64,000 nt of DNA. Source: Lama glama. Lineage: Eukaryota. Positions 51,721 to 63,652 of this stretch are shown in pieces. Each line of letters begins with the position of its first letter. Within the stretch, counting starts at the first letter, position 1. The notes under the pieces are model-generated. The model saw nothing but the letters and a program-made list of their open reading frames with translations. It did no database searches and was not told where the DNA came from. The stretch covers positions 14,076,001 through 14,140,000 of the forward strand of contig CM052817.1 of NCBI GenBank assembly GCA_028534125.1. The letters are read 5' to 3'. The translations under genes and the position numbers were made by a program.

Positions 51721-52914
51721 TAAATAAAATAAAATTCTGAAGTCCTAGTAGGAGTTAAAAAAATTGGAGAAAGAAGCAACAAGATTTGAAGGAGAGTGAT
51801 CATCTTTAGTTATTGAAGGTGAACACTGAAACCAGGAGTCTAAGGCTGAACATGTACTTGAGGAACTGAATAAAATAGCTGGAGAATAACAGAAGATAAG
51901 ACTGGATTTGCAGATGGAAACAGAAAGAAGTGTCTCCTCTTTGAAGAATGAAGCCTTAACACCCTGTCTATCCACTCTCTTCTTCTTGTGTTTACCTTAC
52001 TTCAGCATTTTTAGTATTGCCTTAAATTTTTGACAATTCTGAGAATTCTGTGAATTATCTCTACTATTTTTAACTGAATAACTTTATTTAGATCTATTTT
52101 ATATCAATTCACTCTTTATATAGCATTGCCTTACGTAACAATATCCATGAACTAATGGAATGATACCATGTATGGTATTAAATATGACCATTAAGAAAGC
52201 TTGTCTTTGAATCTTCTAGAATAATTTCCCTTATCCTTTGTACAAAAGACTTTGATAAACACTGCATAATCAGTAAATATTTTACATTTAGTCTGGCACC
52301 TGTGGTAGAGCCAGCATTGCCCTCAAGCTAACTGCAGGGAGGTAAGTCATTGAGGTGATCGTTTGCCAGCCATGGGGCTTGAATTAGGAGTCACCTGAAC
52401 AAGTAGATGAGAGGTTACAGATTTAATGTTTATTGAATTAAGAGTCCGAGATCGCTTGGAATTCTTGAGATAGGAAAGTTAAGGGCAAAAATCACTTACT
52501 GTGTTTTGAACTAAAGTCAATAATTTCTACATTAGAGGTCAGATTTTCAAGAACGTAAGAAGGAAAATATATCTCCCTATGCTTTCTTATACCCAAAAAA
52601 CAATCTGGTTATTGAAAGACAATAATGTCCAATGCCTTGCTTTCTTTTTTCCCTGCAGCTTAACTTCTAAGCAGTTATTCAGGCATAACATACATTAAGT
52701 TTTCTATTATGTACACAATTCAATTGCCATTTCCAAAAGGGACTACATTCAAACAGTCCCTAGAGTCATTGTCCTATACTGATACCCATTGTCAAATATT
52801 TAAAGCACATTTTATATTACAATCTTCATGTCATAGTTTATAGCAAGCCAAATTTATTTCATTAATCATAGAATAGGTATACACACAAATATATCACAAA
52901 TTATATAATTTTTT

Positions 52915-53110
52915 AAAAATGCTAGTTTCTATTTATTGAACACTTAGTCTGTGCCAGGAAAAATGGAAAATGAATGTAAATATTGTTAGTTTGTCAGTGA
53001 AAATATTAAAACTTAAATAGGTTAATTACTATTTTCAGTTAATATATTCATACAAGGAGTATACAGCAGAACTGGGGTTGCAAATCGAGACTGTTAGGCT
53101 GTAAGCCCAT
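52915..53110 (-). mobile_element. MIR SINE
   Basis: atttattgaacacttagtctgtgccagg...gcagaactggggttgcaaatc. Confidence 0.65.
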
Positions 53111-53389
53111 GCGGCTCCTAGACCTCAAGAGGAAATATAACAGACCTCAAACTAAATTCTTGTTTTTAGATGTTTAAATAAGTGCCACAAAAGAACTTCT
53201 CAGGCTGTTGCCCACTTTGTATGTTAGTAGTGAAGATTAAATGAAATAATGAGAGTGAACGTGTCTATGAGCCCCACCTACTTGGAATGCGTAGGTTTCA
53301 TGTACTTGAGCTCCCTTCCTTCCTCAGAATGAGCAGATGACCCTGGCAAGCTCTGCACCAGGCCCGTCTTTCCTTCCTTCTGTGCGTGG

Positions 53390-53720
53390 AGCTAGCGTGC
53401 ATTTACCAGACTTCTAGAAGTGGCCACATTACTGAATTCTGGCCAAGGGGACGTGAGTGGGTATGACGTATGCCACTTTCAGAAAGGCTCGTAAAAATCT
53501 ACAAGTGATCTTCCAATGCAGGTGACCTCCAGAATGGCCTTGGCCATCATTTTTTGAAGATGATGAAGCCACATGAGAGAAGGAGCTGGGATCCCTGGGC
53601 CACTGCTTGGAGGAGAGCATTTTAATTAGGTATATCTTTGGTCTATAGATAAGCAAGAGAATAAACTTCTACTTGGTTAAATCACTGAAATTTTTGAGTT
53701 TATCATTCACAGGGACTGGC
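53390..53720 (+). mobile_element. MaLR MLT1J-like LTR
   Basis: aattctggccaagggg...ggagctgggatccctgggccactgcttggaggagagc...aataaacttctacttggttaaatcactga. Confidence 0.75.
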
Positions 53721-55009
53721 CAATTTTGTTAGGCTATGGATGTCTCCTGACTGAAAATAATCCAAAATCCTTGAAAAATTTTGAATACCAAAGTAGAAAT
53801 TGCATGGACACAGACTAAAAATCAAAGTCCTAAAATTGCTTAATGCACTCAGAATTATTTGAAATTCTGCCCAAAGTTGTTTCTGGAAATATATCTCAGA
53901 GTTGAATTGTAAGTCTCTGATTAGTAATTTATCAAAATTAAAAAATTTTTAGAACACTTCAAAGTTTTTATTTAATTTTGATTATTCATTTTATCAAATT
54001 ATTACTTTCTTTAATAATGCGTTTTTCTCTAACCTTTGAATTAATAACATTTGAAGTGGTATGATTATAATTATCTTACATTAATATGCTAATTTCTTCA
54101 GAGATTATACTCAATTGAAACACTTAAAATCTTACCCACTGCAGATTTAATTAGGTTAATTAAAATACTATTGTATTTTATTTTTAGTTTACGATTGCCC
54201 CATTATCATTTAATGATTTTGATAATAGCAATAGAATTTAGAATTTATCGAGCATACTTTTTTTCTAAAACATTAGTTTTATGGCTAACTTCAATAGAGA
54301 ATCAGCTGCATACCTACTGTGGTCTTGCGTATTTTTTCTTCGGTTTAATAAATTCCACCCTAAAACTCATGCCAACTTATCCGTCTAGTCATAACCTGCG
54401 TTACAAACTAACACAACCCTGTTAGCTAAAAGGTGTTTCCTTGTGCCTTGAATATGCTTCTCTGGATGCTACCATGGGACTTCAGTCCAAGCAGTTTACT
54501 ATGTCTGGAAAACCCCTGACTCTAAGAAGGAGAACCACAGGAATCTCTCTCAAATGTCAATTCATAAAGAATGTGTAGATTTCAAGAGCTTTAATGATCT
54601 GGGGTCATGCAATTTTATATATATATATATGACAGGGGGAGAGAGTCAAAGAGGAAAGAAAGAAAAAGAAAAAAGGAAGAGACAGAAAGTAAGAGAGCAA
54701 ATGAAAGGCTTTAAATATGGCAAATTCTTCAACATACCATTCTACTCATTAGGTGAATGACCACGAGTAAATAAATGAGAGAGAGAGAAGTGACTCTGCA
54801 TCTCAACTTCTGTGACCTCACAGATGTGCGCATCTTCCAGTCCTGAGTATGATTCCAGTCTTTAATGTTGTGAATTTTTCCTACCTCTTGGCAACCAAGG
54901 ACAAGCCAATGACTTCACCTTTTAGTCAACCAAAGAAACAGGGATCTTTTTCTAGCATGGAGGTGATACAACCCACACTGGCCTAATTCAGAGGCATTTC
55001 TCTGTCTGT

Positions 55010-55110
55010 AATGTTGCACCTTCTTGAAGTATGTTTACCTTGCACATTGACTTGAGGATATCACTGTTTTGCATATTGCAGATGCTCAATAAATATCCAC
55101 AGAATGACTT
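55010..55110 (+). mobile_element. L2 3' end fragment
   Basis: gcatattgcagatgctcaataaatatccacagaatga. Confidence 0.5.
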
Positions 55111-55718
55111 ACTGAGTCAATAATAAATGCTACTACTCACGAACATTTGTTTCTGCATGTAGAAGCCTACGGTTTTTAGTGTTTCTTCCTTCCCCAACTT
55201 AAACAGTTCTACATCAGAGATTCAAAGGGATCAACTGATTTAAGGCTGTTTCATGTAAAATATCTTTTATGAGGTGGAAACTCAAGAAGCATGGAAATCC
55301 AGCGCTCTGCTTCGCTGCTTATGACAGCTTCCCTCGGCACACCATCAGCCCTGGTCACAGCAGCGCTACGCCAGAACACAGGGGCTTAGATTTTCTGGGA
55401 ATGCAGAAAAACAGACTTAAAGCCACAGTGCTGTCTGAACACAGCAGAAGTACAAGATGAGCCTGTGAGTGTGTCCAAAAGGAAGAAGACTACTTGGGAG
55501 GAAAGTTGACACATTAAATTGATTTCATCCCTGAAGAATATATGAAGAATATCATTTGCATTCTTCTGCGTGCCTTGCTCCCATTCAGAGTCCTTTGTGC
55601 CATGTTAAATATTGATTTCGTCTTATTTATTCATATCTTACTTGCTATGCAGCCTATTAATTTGTTTTAATTGACTTACATATATTCCTTCATGTACTTG
55701 TTTATCCTCCCATGGATT

Positions 55719-55980
55719 TCTATTTCTTAATTGAAGGATAGTCGATTTACAATGTTGTATTAATTTCTGTGTACAGAATAGTGATTTACATATATATATA
55801 TACACACACATATATACATATGTATACATATATGTGTGTATATATATATATATTTCTTTTCATATTCTTTTTTTATTATAGGCCATTACAAGGTATTGAA
55901 TATAGTTCCCTGTGCTAGACAGTAGGATCTTGTTGTTTATCTATTCTATATATAGTAGTTAGTATCTACATATCCTGAAT
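55719..55980 (-). mobile_element. L1 3' UTR insertion with internal (TA)/(CA) repeat and TSD
   Basis: L1 3' UTR sequence; direct repeat tcccatggatt at 55708-55718 and 55981-55991. Confidence 0.9.
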
Positions 55981-56599
55981 TCCCATGGATTATTTGTTAT
56001 CATAATTCCACGCTCAGAATTTTGCATGCAGTTACCCACTAGAATCAACTACACTCAACCACCTTGCTTTTCATTGTTGAAGGCCCTCAAACTATACCGC
56101 AGGCAAACTCTACTGGTACTTTCTATGTTCTCAAAGTCAATGGATAATTCAATACATGTTGAATACAATGCCATTCTGGTTATTATTCTCCATAAACTGC
56201 CTTTCAGCCTAGAGATAAAAACTTAATTTAACTAAATGTTTCCATCTATCCTGACTCATGTAGCAGAACCAGAATATATAGCCCCAGGAAAATTACTTTT
56301 GAAAAATAATTTTTTTAGTTAACTTGGACACAATACAATGACCCTTGTAGTTGTTGATACAGGAACTCTTAGGCTGAGAATCATTATGTTTTACAATAAG
56401 AACTATCAACTGACCCCCAAATACAACTAAATATATCGTTTCCAATTATAATAATAAGCACCCAGATACATGCTGTAATAAAATATTTTTATTGGTGTGA
56501 TAGAGTAACAATATCTTTTTTACCACTGAATTTTTTCTAGGTAACTTAAAAAGTGCAGGAGTTTTTGATACATGAGTTCACAATGTTTGGAAACAAAAG

Positions 56600-56825
56600 A
56601 GAATAAATCTTTATTGAGCCTTGACCTTGAGCCAGGAACTCTTTTAGGTCTTATTTATCTCACTTAACACCCACAGTACTGCCTTTAAGTATTATTGCCC
56701 TATGTTGCACAGAAAGACACCTCAGCTCAGAAAATTTAAACACCACATCCAAGGTTATACTCTTAAAAGGCAACAAAAACTACATTTAACTCTAGAAGTC
56801 TTGTTTTAAAACCAGACTTTTTTTT
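56600..56825 (-). mobile_element. MIR SINE
   Basis: tttattgagcc...gctcagaaaatttaaacaccacatccaaggttatac. Confidence 0.7.
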
Positions 56826-57819
56826 GTATCAGAAAGTTCTGTTCAAGATGTTTTTTAAAGTAGTTCTCTATGAAATGAAGAATTATGTCTTCATGGGATT
56901 GTTTAATATTAGTTAGAAATTATTTTTAAAAGATAAGCTAATACATATTACTGAATAAAAACTATCTTTACCCTAGGGTGGCGTGGAACAGACACTCCTC
57001 TACGGAATTATGTAAAATGCCTCATGCAAAGTAAACAAATGTTTAAAAGCGCTCATTTTCAGCAGTTCCCCACATTTGTCCTCTTGCAGTTGTCGAGAAC
57101 ACATGTAAAGAATATCATTCCATAAAGGATGGTGAGCTCCCAACCTGCCTTTCTTTCCTCTAGAAAATCAACTTGGCCATTGTGTCAACAAGTACTTTAC
57201 ACACTGTCAGGAGGAGCCATTAAAGATATGGTACAGAAATTGGATTTCCTTTCCTGAGAATCACAGTGAAGACAGAGAGAGAGAAAAGGCAAGCGGGTAA
57301 CATCTGTGCTTTTGTAAGGACGTATCACCCCTTCTGAGGGCAAATGACCAAGTTCAATGAGTGTGCGAAGAGTTTATCCACAAGAACTGACACTCAACTG
57401 GAGCTCAATTTAGAAACCCTAGTGCACGTTCAATTTATTTTATTTTCTGTGCTTCACTTTGTCATCCTGAATGATGACATTAAGAACAGACCTGCAGAGA
57501 AAATGATACCTGTTTCTGAAATGTTTACATGAAACATCATTATCTCCCTAACAAATAAAAACAAGCACCTTGGTACAAGAATGGCATAATAAAAGACCTG
57601 AAGGAAGTTTATTTTGTGATTTTTCAAGGGAACTGATGACTTGACTCATTCACAATTCTAGATTCAAAATATCTTTCTTGTTAGAAAAAGTCCATGGTCC
57701 CTTTCCCTGAGAAATCTGGGAGAGATGACAGACATTTTTTCAGATGTATGTTACTGATCCGTGACAAAATGTACTGAGCTATGCACAATAAAAGACACAA
57801 TATTTTTGAGGGGAAAGGA

Positions 57820-58085
57820 TATAGGAACAGAATGTATGAGAACTTGGGCCCAGTCATGTAAATTTACGTTCAAATTCTGGCTTTGCCAAATACAAACTAT
57901 ATGAACTTAAGAAAAGTATTTCCAAAGCCTCAGCTCTTACATTTATCAAACAGGGATAAGAAATAACACTTATTACATACACAACTGTTTAGGGGCTTAA
58001 ATGATAGAAATGATAGAATGCAGTTAAAGCTAAGTTTTTCATAGGGCATTCAGCAAGAAATTATTTAATTAATGTTGACTCTCAT
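57820..58085 (+). mobile_element. MIR SINE
   Basis: ttcaaattctggctttgcca...aagcctcagctcttacatttatcaaacagggataa. Confidence 0.7.
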
Positions 58086-58231
58086 CATTATTTGGTTGGT
58101 TCAGACCCTCCTCATCTCTCTTGGAGAACTACCTCCTTCAATCTGAACATCTTAAATACTTGAGATCAAAATTTTGTGATCATGTCATTCTTCTGTTTAT
58201 TCACATCTCAGGATTACCCACTATTTACACA

Positions 58232-58528
58232 TAGTGTTTTTCAAGCTTTAGGCCCTGATCCACTAATGGGTCATGAAATTAATTTAATGATGAGTCAGGA
58301 TGAGACTTAAAAATAAAAGAAGAAAGAATGGAAGGGAAGGGAATGGAATAGACCAGATAATAGCAGAGCGCATCACACATAGTAAAGATAAAGGTTATTT
58401 TCGAAACCTCTCATTACAGTTAGTGTGTCCTTGTGTGTGTCTATCCGTGTGTGTGTGTGCATTTGTACACTGGATTATAATGTGAAATTTATTACTAAGT
58501 GACAATCAAAAATGTCTGACAAGCACTG
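58232..58528. mobile_element. MER113A-like hAT-Charlie MITE
   Basis: tagtgtttttcaa...cactaatgggtcatgaaattaattta...cagagcgcatcacacatagtaa...aagcactg. Confidence 0.75.
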
Positions 58529-59569
58529 GACAGGATGACACCCAAACCTCAGAGCTCTAGGGCCCATGTGGCCACTAGACTTGGTGACTCTGTTTAGGAC
58601 TCAGTGACCAGAAAGAAAAACCACGTATTTTGCCTCATTTTCACTTTTGAAATGGGGTAAATAGTTTAATATGATGGGAACTGGAGTGTAATAAGGCTTA
58701 GGACTGCATAAGTTGGTGATTTTGTTACTTAAATTTACTAATTCACTAGTGGAAATGTATATAATTTAGACTTTAAGTGGTAATAGTACATCCATTTAAA
58801 TGAGGACTGCTCCATCCTCACAGAAAGAGGAATTTTATTTATCATTGCTGAATACATTATGCACCAAGAACAGCTCAAAAATACGAGTTTGAAAATTTCT
58901 GTTGCCTGGAATTTTTGTATAAATATTAGGATAATGATTTTCCATTTGCTGGATGAAAATATTTCTCCACAGAGATACATTTTCAAAGGAAAACATTTCC
59001 AACACAAATCCATGTCTCCATTTTGTAAATAATCTATGAATACGAGACGCAAAGAATGCAAATAGGGCACCTGGTACAAAAATATAACACTTCTGAGAGA
59101 GCTGCGAAGTTTCCACTTTACATTTAGAGAGTCATTCAACCATGATGAGTGTGGTCTTTGGGGAAGGAGGAGAAGAAAGAGGATCAGTTACGTTAAAAGG
59201 GATGTAAATATCCCTCCCCAGATCACGGTGTTCTTGGTTTCAGAGAACCTCATTGTCCTTCCTTCTCTGTCATTTCAGAGAAACCAGGGTACCTTTGAGA
59301 ATTACTCACAAAATACTAGGAATTGTCCTAAATCAGGCGCTTAACTAGAAATCTGTAACTCCCTAATTCCACCCAGTGAGAGAGAATTCGTCCACAAAAT
59401 CAGACGCGTGCACACACCTGTGGTGTTTTCTTTTCTCCTTTGAAGATATTTCCCTTTGAAGAAAAGCTGCCCTCAGAATAACCGAGAGAGAATTCTAAGG
59501 CATCTCCAACATCTTTAAAAACTGACTTTACAAATCAAACACTGTGAACAATGTATAAGCACATTCATT

Positions 59570-59840
59570 AAAGATAGTACCACAGAATTAGGAGTCACGG
59601 ATTTTAGAATGTGATAAACCTGAAGTTTGAAAGTCTGAGTTCAAATGCCAACACAATTATTTTCTAGCTTTGAGATTTTGGAAAATGAGGCTTTCTGTGC
59701 GTCAGGATTCCCATGGGTAAAATAAGGACAACAATATCTACTTAACAGGTAGAAGAGATGCTAAAATAAGGCAGTACAAATAAAACAGTTATGCCAGGAC
59801 CTGACATAGAATAACTACCCAATAGCCAGTAGCTATTAAG
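59570..59840 (+). mobile_element. MIR SINE
   Basis: ctgagttcaaatgcca...tctgtgcgtcaggattcccatgggtaaaataagg. Confidence 0.65.
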
Positions 59841-60844
59841 GGTGAAAACAGTCATAAACTTAGGGACTAGCTACTTGGTACAACGCTAGGAATATTTGCA
59901 TAGCCTTCCGTAAATTAAATTATTTTAAGGAAACCATTTTAACATCAGCATTTAAAATTATGATGTATTATTTTAATGCAATTTTAACATGAACTTAGAC
60001 ATAAAAGACAAATGAACACAGCTGAAATAATGAACAAAGCCCATTATAAAAAATGCTTTTTTTTTTTTTTTACTCATTTCTTCTGAGTTCCAAACAGGGA
60101 AGAAATGAAGAAGAAATAGAATGAGTGGATGATTCGATTTTACGAACTTAAGAAAGACAGAGATTGTGCTATCATGACACTGAAGAGTTCCTTAAGTTCT
60201 TCACAGTAAGATGATTTTTGTGGAGTTAAATTTCTATTCTTTTTCTGCATTTGTCCATTTATAAACCCAAAATATATCTCACTCGTCCTCATATCACTGG
60301 GGTCTCCACAATGCCTGGTAGACACCCAGCCAGTCACTGGACTTATCATGAATGATACTGACATATGATTTATACAAACAATTAAACAAGGGTTCACCGC
60401 CGAGCAAGCTACGTAGCCCATGGTTAGTAAGCGGCTGGAGGATAATTCATTACTCTCACCTTTCATTTTCTTTTCCCCCACTACCACTTAGACTTTAGTG
60501 AGAATAAGGTTAAATGAGTATACTCCTCCTCTTAGGATATTTAGATGTTACACCTAAAAAGTGTGTTTACCTTTAAAAAATAAAATCAGTTTTCAAACAT
60601 GTAATTGGTTTGTAAATGTTTGTTTAGTTTATAGAGGGCTACTCACATCAACTTGAAGTATACCATGCATTTGCCCCAAGTTACTGTAGTCATGAAGAAC
60701 TCACATGCCATAACAGAATCTGCTTTCAAGAAACTTAAAATCCAAATCAATATACCCACATAAGATATGTAATAAAATAACAAGGCAGAACATGATTAAA
60801 TGACAATTTGCATAATTTAGACAGTAAATGGCCTGAATTAACAA

Positions 60845-61045
60845 TAAATACAATTTACTGAGCACCTACAATTATTACTGATCCTCAAAAATAACCAATT
60901 AGCTGACCTCCTGCCCAATTCAGACAGAATAAGGCTTAGGTTCAGAGACTGCCTTGTTCCAGGTCACACAGCTAGTAGGGGCAGATCCTAGATTCCATCC
61001 AAGATCTGTCAGCCTTCAAAGTTTTGTTTCTTTCCACTACACTTC
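60845..61045 (-). mobile_element. MIR SINE
   Basis: atttactgagcacctac...ccaggtcacacagctagtaggggcaga. Confidence 0.75.
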
Positions 61046-61074
61046 GCTGCAGGGATAACAAATTGGAAGGAACG

Positions 61075-61235
61075 AAACTGAAAAAAACAAAAGAAAAGGG
61101 AAAAAGGAAAGAAAGAAGGGAAAGGAAAGGAAGAGGGAAAGAAGGAGGGAGGGAGTGAAGAAGGATGGAAGGAAGGAAGGAAAGGAGGAAGACTGCAAGT
61201 GATGAGAAAGTGAGGTAGGAATTCGAAGGAAAGAT
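61075..61235 (+). repeat. Purine-rich low-complexity (GGAA/GAAA) tract
   Basis: Directly visible. Confidence 0.9.
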
Positions 61236-61494
61236 GAAACTATGTATTGAATGGGTTGGAACTTTGGTAGAAAGCAAGCTGCATCACCTCCCCCAAGCAA
61301 GACTGACCGTTTCCTACGATTGACTGAGTTTCATTTTATTTCATCTTTAAGAAGAAAACAAACCAGGCTGGAAACGGCAAGTGGCTCAAGGGTCGAAACA
61401 GCTCTTGCACAAAAGCTTCACATACTGAGTCCTTACATTTGGCACAGGACTCAGCAAACACAGGTGCTTCATAAATATTCCTGGAGTACACAAC

Positions 61495-61725
61495 AGTAAT
61501 AGCAAATGTGCACTGAGTGCTTACCACGTGCCAGGCCCTGCTAAAGTATTCCACATGTATTAACTGGCAAATTTCTCATGACAACGCTGCAAGGCAGTTG
61601 CTAGTCTCACCTCCATTCTCCACAAGGGGTGAGGAAGCCGACACTCACAGAAAGCACGCTACATGCTCACCTCCAAGTCAGTGGAGAACCTGGCCTGACC
61701 CAGGAGCAGATCTTACCCACTGGGC
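61495..61725 (-). mobile_element. MIR SINE
   Basis: ctgagtgcttaccacgtgccaggccctgctaaagtattccacatgtattaact. Confidence 0.8.
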
Positions 61726-62389
61726 TTCACTGAATGAATGGAATCATCAGGGCTTTCTTAGCTGATTCCAATTACATATAAAAGAAAATTTTACCTTAAA
61801 AGTGTATTATCAAGCCATAAATTGCTTTCATAAAGTAAAACAAACAGCACTTACACAACGGAAATGAAGTACAAACAACTGAAAGGAACTGCACTGTATT
61901 TCACTGTATCGTAAGAAAGAACCGTTGATTCTGGCAGGTGTGATGCTTCCTCTTTGCTCTTTAAACACCACGCTGGTAGGTTGTCAGGAAAAGTGGAAAA
62001 TACACTTGAAAACTCATCAGTACACATATATTATAGGAAGCCTTTCTCATAAAAACAATGGTGCTTGAACATGTAATAAAAGTACTAGTGTATAAAGCCC
62101 ATTATTTCAGAAATTATAAAAGGAACTTCCAAGAAGCTTAATTTATTGACTGTTATTTTTATGAAATGAAGGTGCTGGAGGGAAAGCAAAACTTTGAGAT
62201 AATGGAACACAGACACATAAGAAAGAAATATTGCTTATGAATGTCAGTTTGAAAGGCTGCAATGGATCATGATTATGACTTAATTGAATGTTTACCATTG
62301 AATAATTATTAAATTAACATTTACCTAAAAAGAGAGTCTCCAGCTTTTTGATGAAGAAATCACTTTTATGAAGAACAATGACATTGATT

Positions 62390-62530
62390 AAAGATAATGC
62401 ACATTTGTGAACCTGTCCTAAACCTTCACCCACATCATGTCAGTTAGTTATGTCTGCAATGAGGTAAGTATCAGTGTCTCCCTTGCATGAACGATGGGAC
62501 TGACGTGGGGAAATTAAGAACTTGACCTGT
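62390..62530 (-). mobile_element. MIR SINE fragment
   Basis: atgaggtaagtatcagtgtctcc...aaattaagaacttgacc. Confidence 0.5.
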
Positions 62531-62619
62531 TCTAGCAGCATCTTGTAGTTTTCATTTGTAGCACATTTCCAATCGTTACCATTTATCTGTATAATTTTAA
62601 TTCAAACAGTCCATATTCT

Positions 62620-62832
62620 TTTCAAAAATTTTATTATTTTATGGTTGATTTACAATGTTAGTTTCATGTGCACAGCAAAGTGATTCAGTTACGCATACAT
62701 AATATGTATTTTTTCTTTCCAGATTCTTTTCCATTATTTATCGCAAGAAATTGAATATAGTTCCCTGTGCTATACTTTGGACCCTTGTTTTTTTAATCTA
62801 TTTTTATATATAGTAATGTGTTGTTAATCCCC
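62620..62832 (-). mobile_element. L1 3' UTR fragment
   Basis: gttgatttacaatgttagtttcatgtgcacagcaaagtgattcagtt...ttgaatatagttccctgtgctatac. Confidence 0.85.
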
Positions 62833-62879
62833 AAGACCTGTTTTTATTCGTTTAAGAACACATGTTCCATGAGAAGAGA

Positions 62880-62968
62880 AATGGTGGATTTTATTTATCT
62901 CTATATACCCTGTGTCTGGCTCCTGACAGGTGCTAGAAAATAAGTGTTGAATAAATAAATGAATAAAA
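62880..62968 (+). mobile_element. L2 3' end fragment
   Basis: tgtctggctcctgacaggtgctagaaaataagtgttgaataaataaatgaat. Confidence 0.6.
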
Positions 62969-63652
62969 GAGGTGAAGCAGGAGTTCCAAAATATATGTGC
63001 ATAAACCATTCCATGCAGTTGCCCCTCCAGGGGCCTCACTTTGCGTGAGTAGGTGAGCAGGAAGGTGATAAGAGTTAGAAACAGCACTGAGATCATGAAA
63101 CTGATAGGGAGAGATGGAGAAAAAAAAAGTCGAAAGAAGTTGTGACAGGAACTAATTAAATGGCCTCTAAGAAGAAAAGCTTCAAGACACGAGATTTCCC
63201 CTTTGATAGTGATCAACTTATCGGAGACTGTTAACAAAGAACAGAGAAAAGGCTCAAAAAACCCCTAATAATATGGAGCCTAAAGCATTAGCCACTTTGG
63301 TAACATTTCTTTACAACTGAAGAGAAAATATATTTAGCTTTCAAGTATATTTATAAACATATGGTTCTTCTGATGTTAAAATAATCCTTGGATTATTCCT
63401 TAATATCAAAAAAGAAAACAAGTAACCATCATTGACGCATGTAGTATTCAGAACTCAGGCTATTTTTAATTGGTATAAGCCATCATGTCTCAGCCTTATT
63501 GTTTTAAAGTAGTAGTTCCCAAGAGGTATGTTTTCCATCATTATTTACAACGCAAAGCAAAAGCTGTAGTATTATTCATACTAGTCAGGAGTCAAACGAT
63601 GTTCACTCATCAACAAAATTATCCTTGTTCTCAACTTGAAATTACTACCTAC

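Noticed and set aside
60140..60487. 115-aa minus-strand ORF with a donor AAG|GTGAGA at ~60460
   Set aside because: No recognisable protein, non-ATG start and no good upstream acceptor.
60972..61300. ORFs of 101 aa and 87 aa that look membrane-like
   Set aside because: Translations of a purine low-complexity tract and a MIR.
62824..63237. 137-aa minus-strand ORF
   Set aside because: Overlaps L2 fragments and has a non-ATG start; no recognisable domain.
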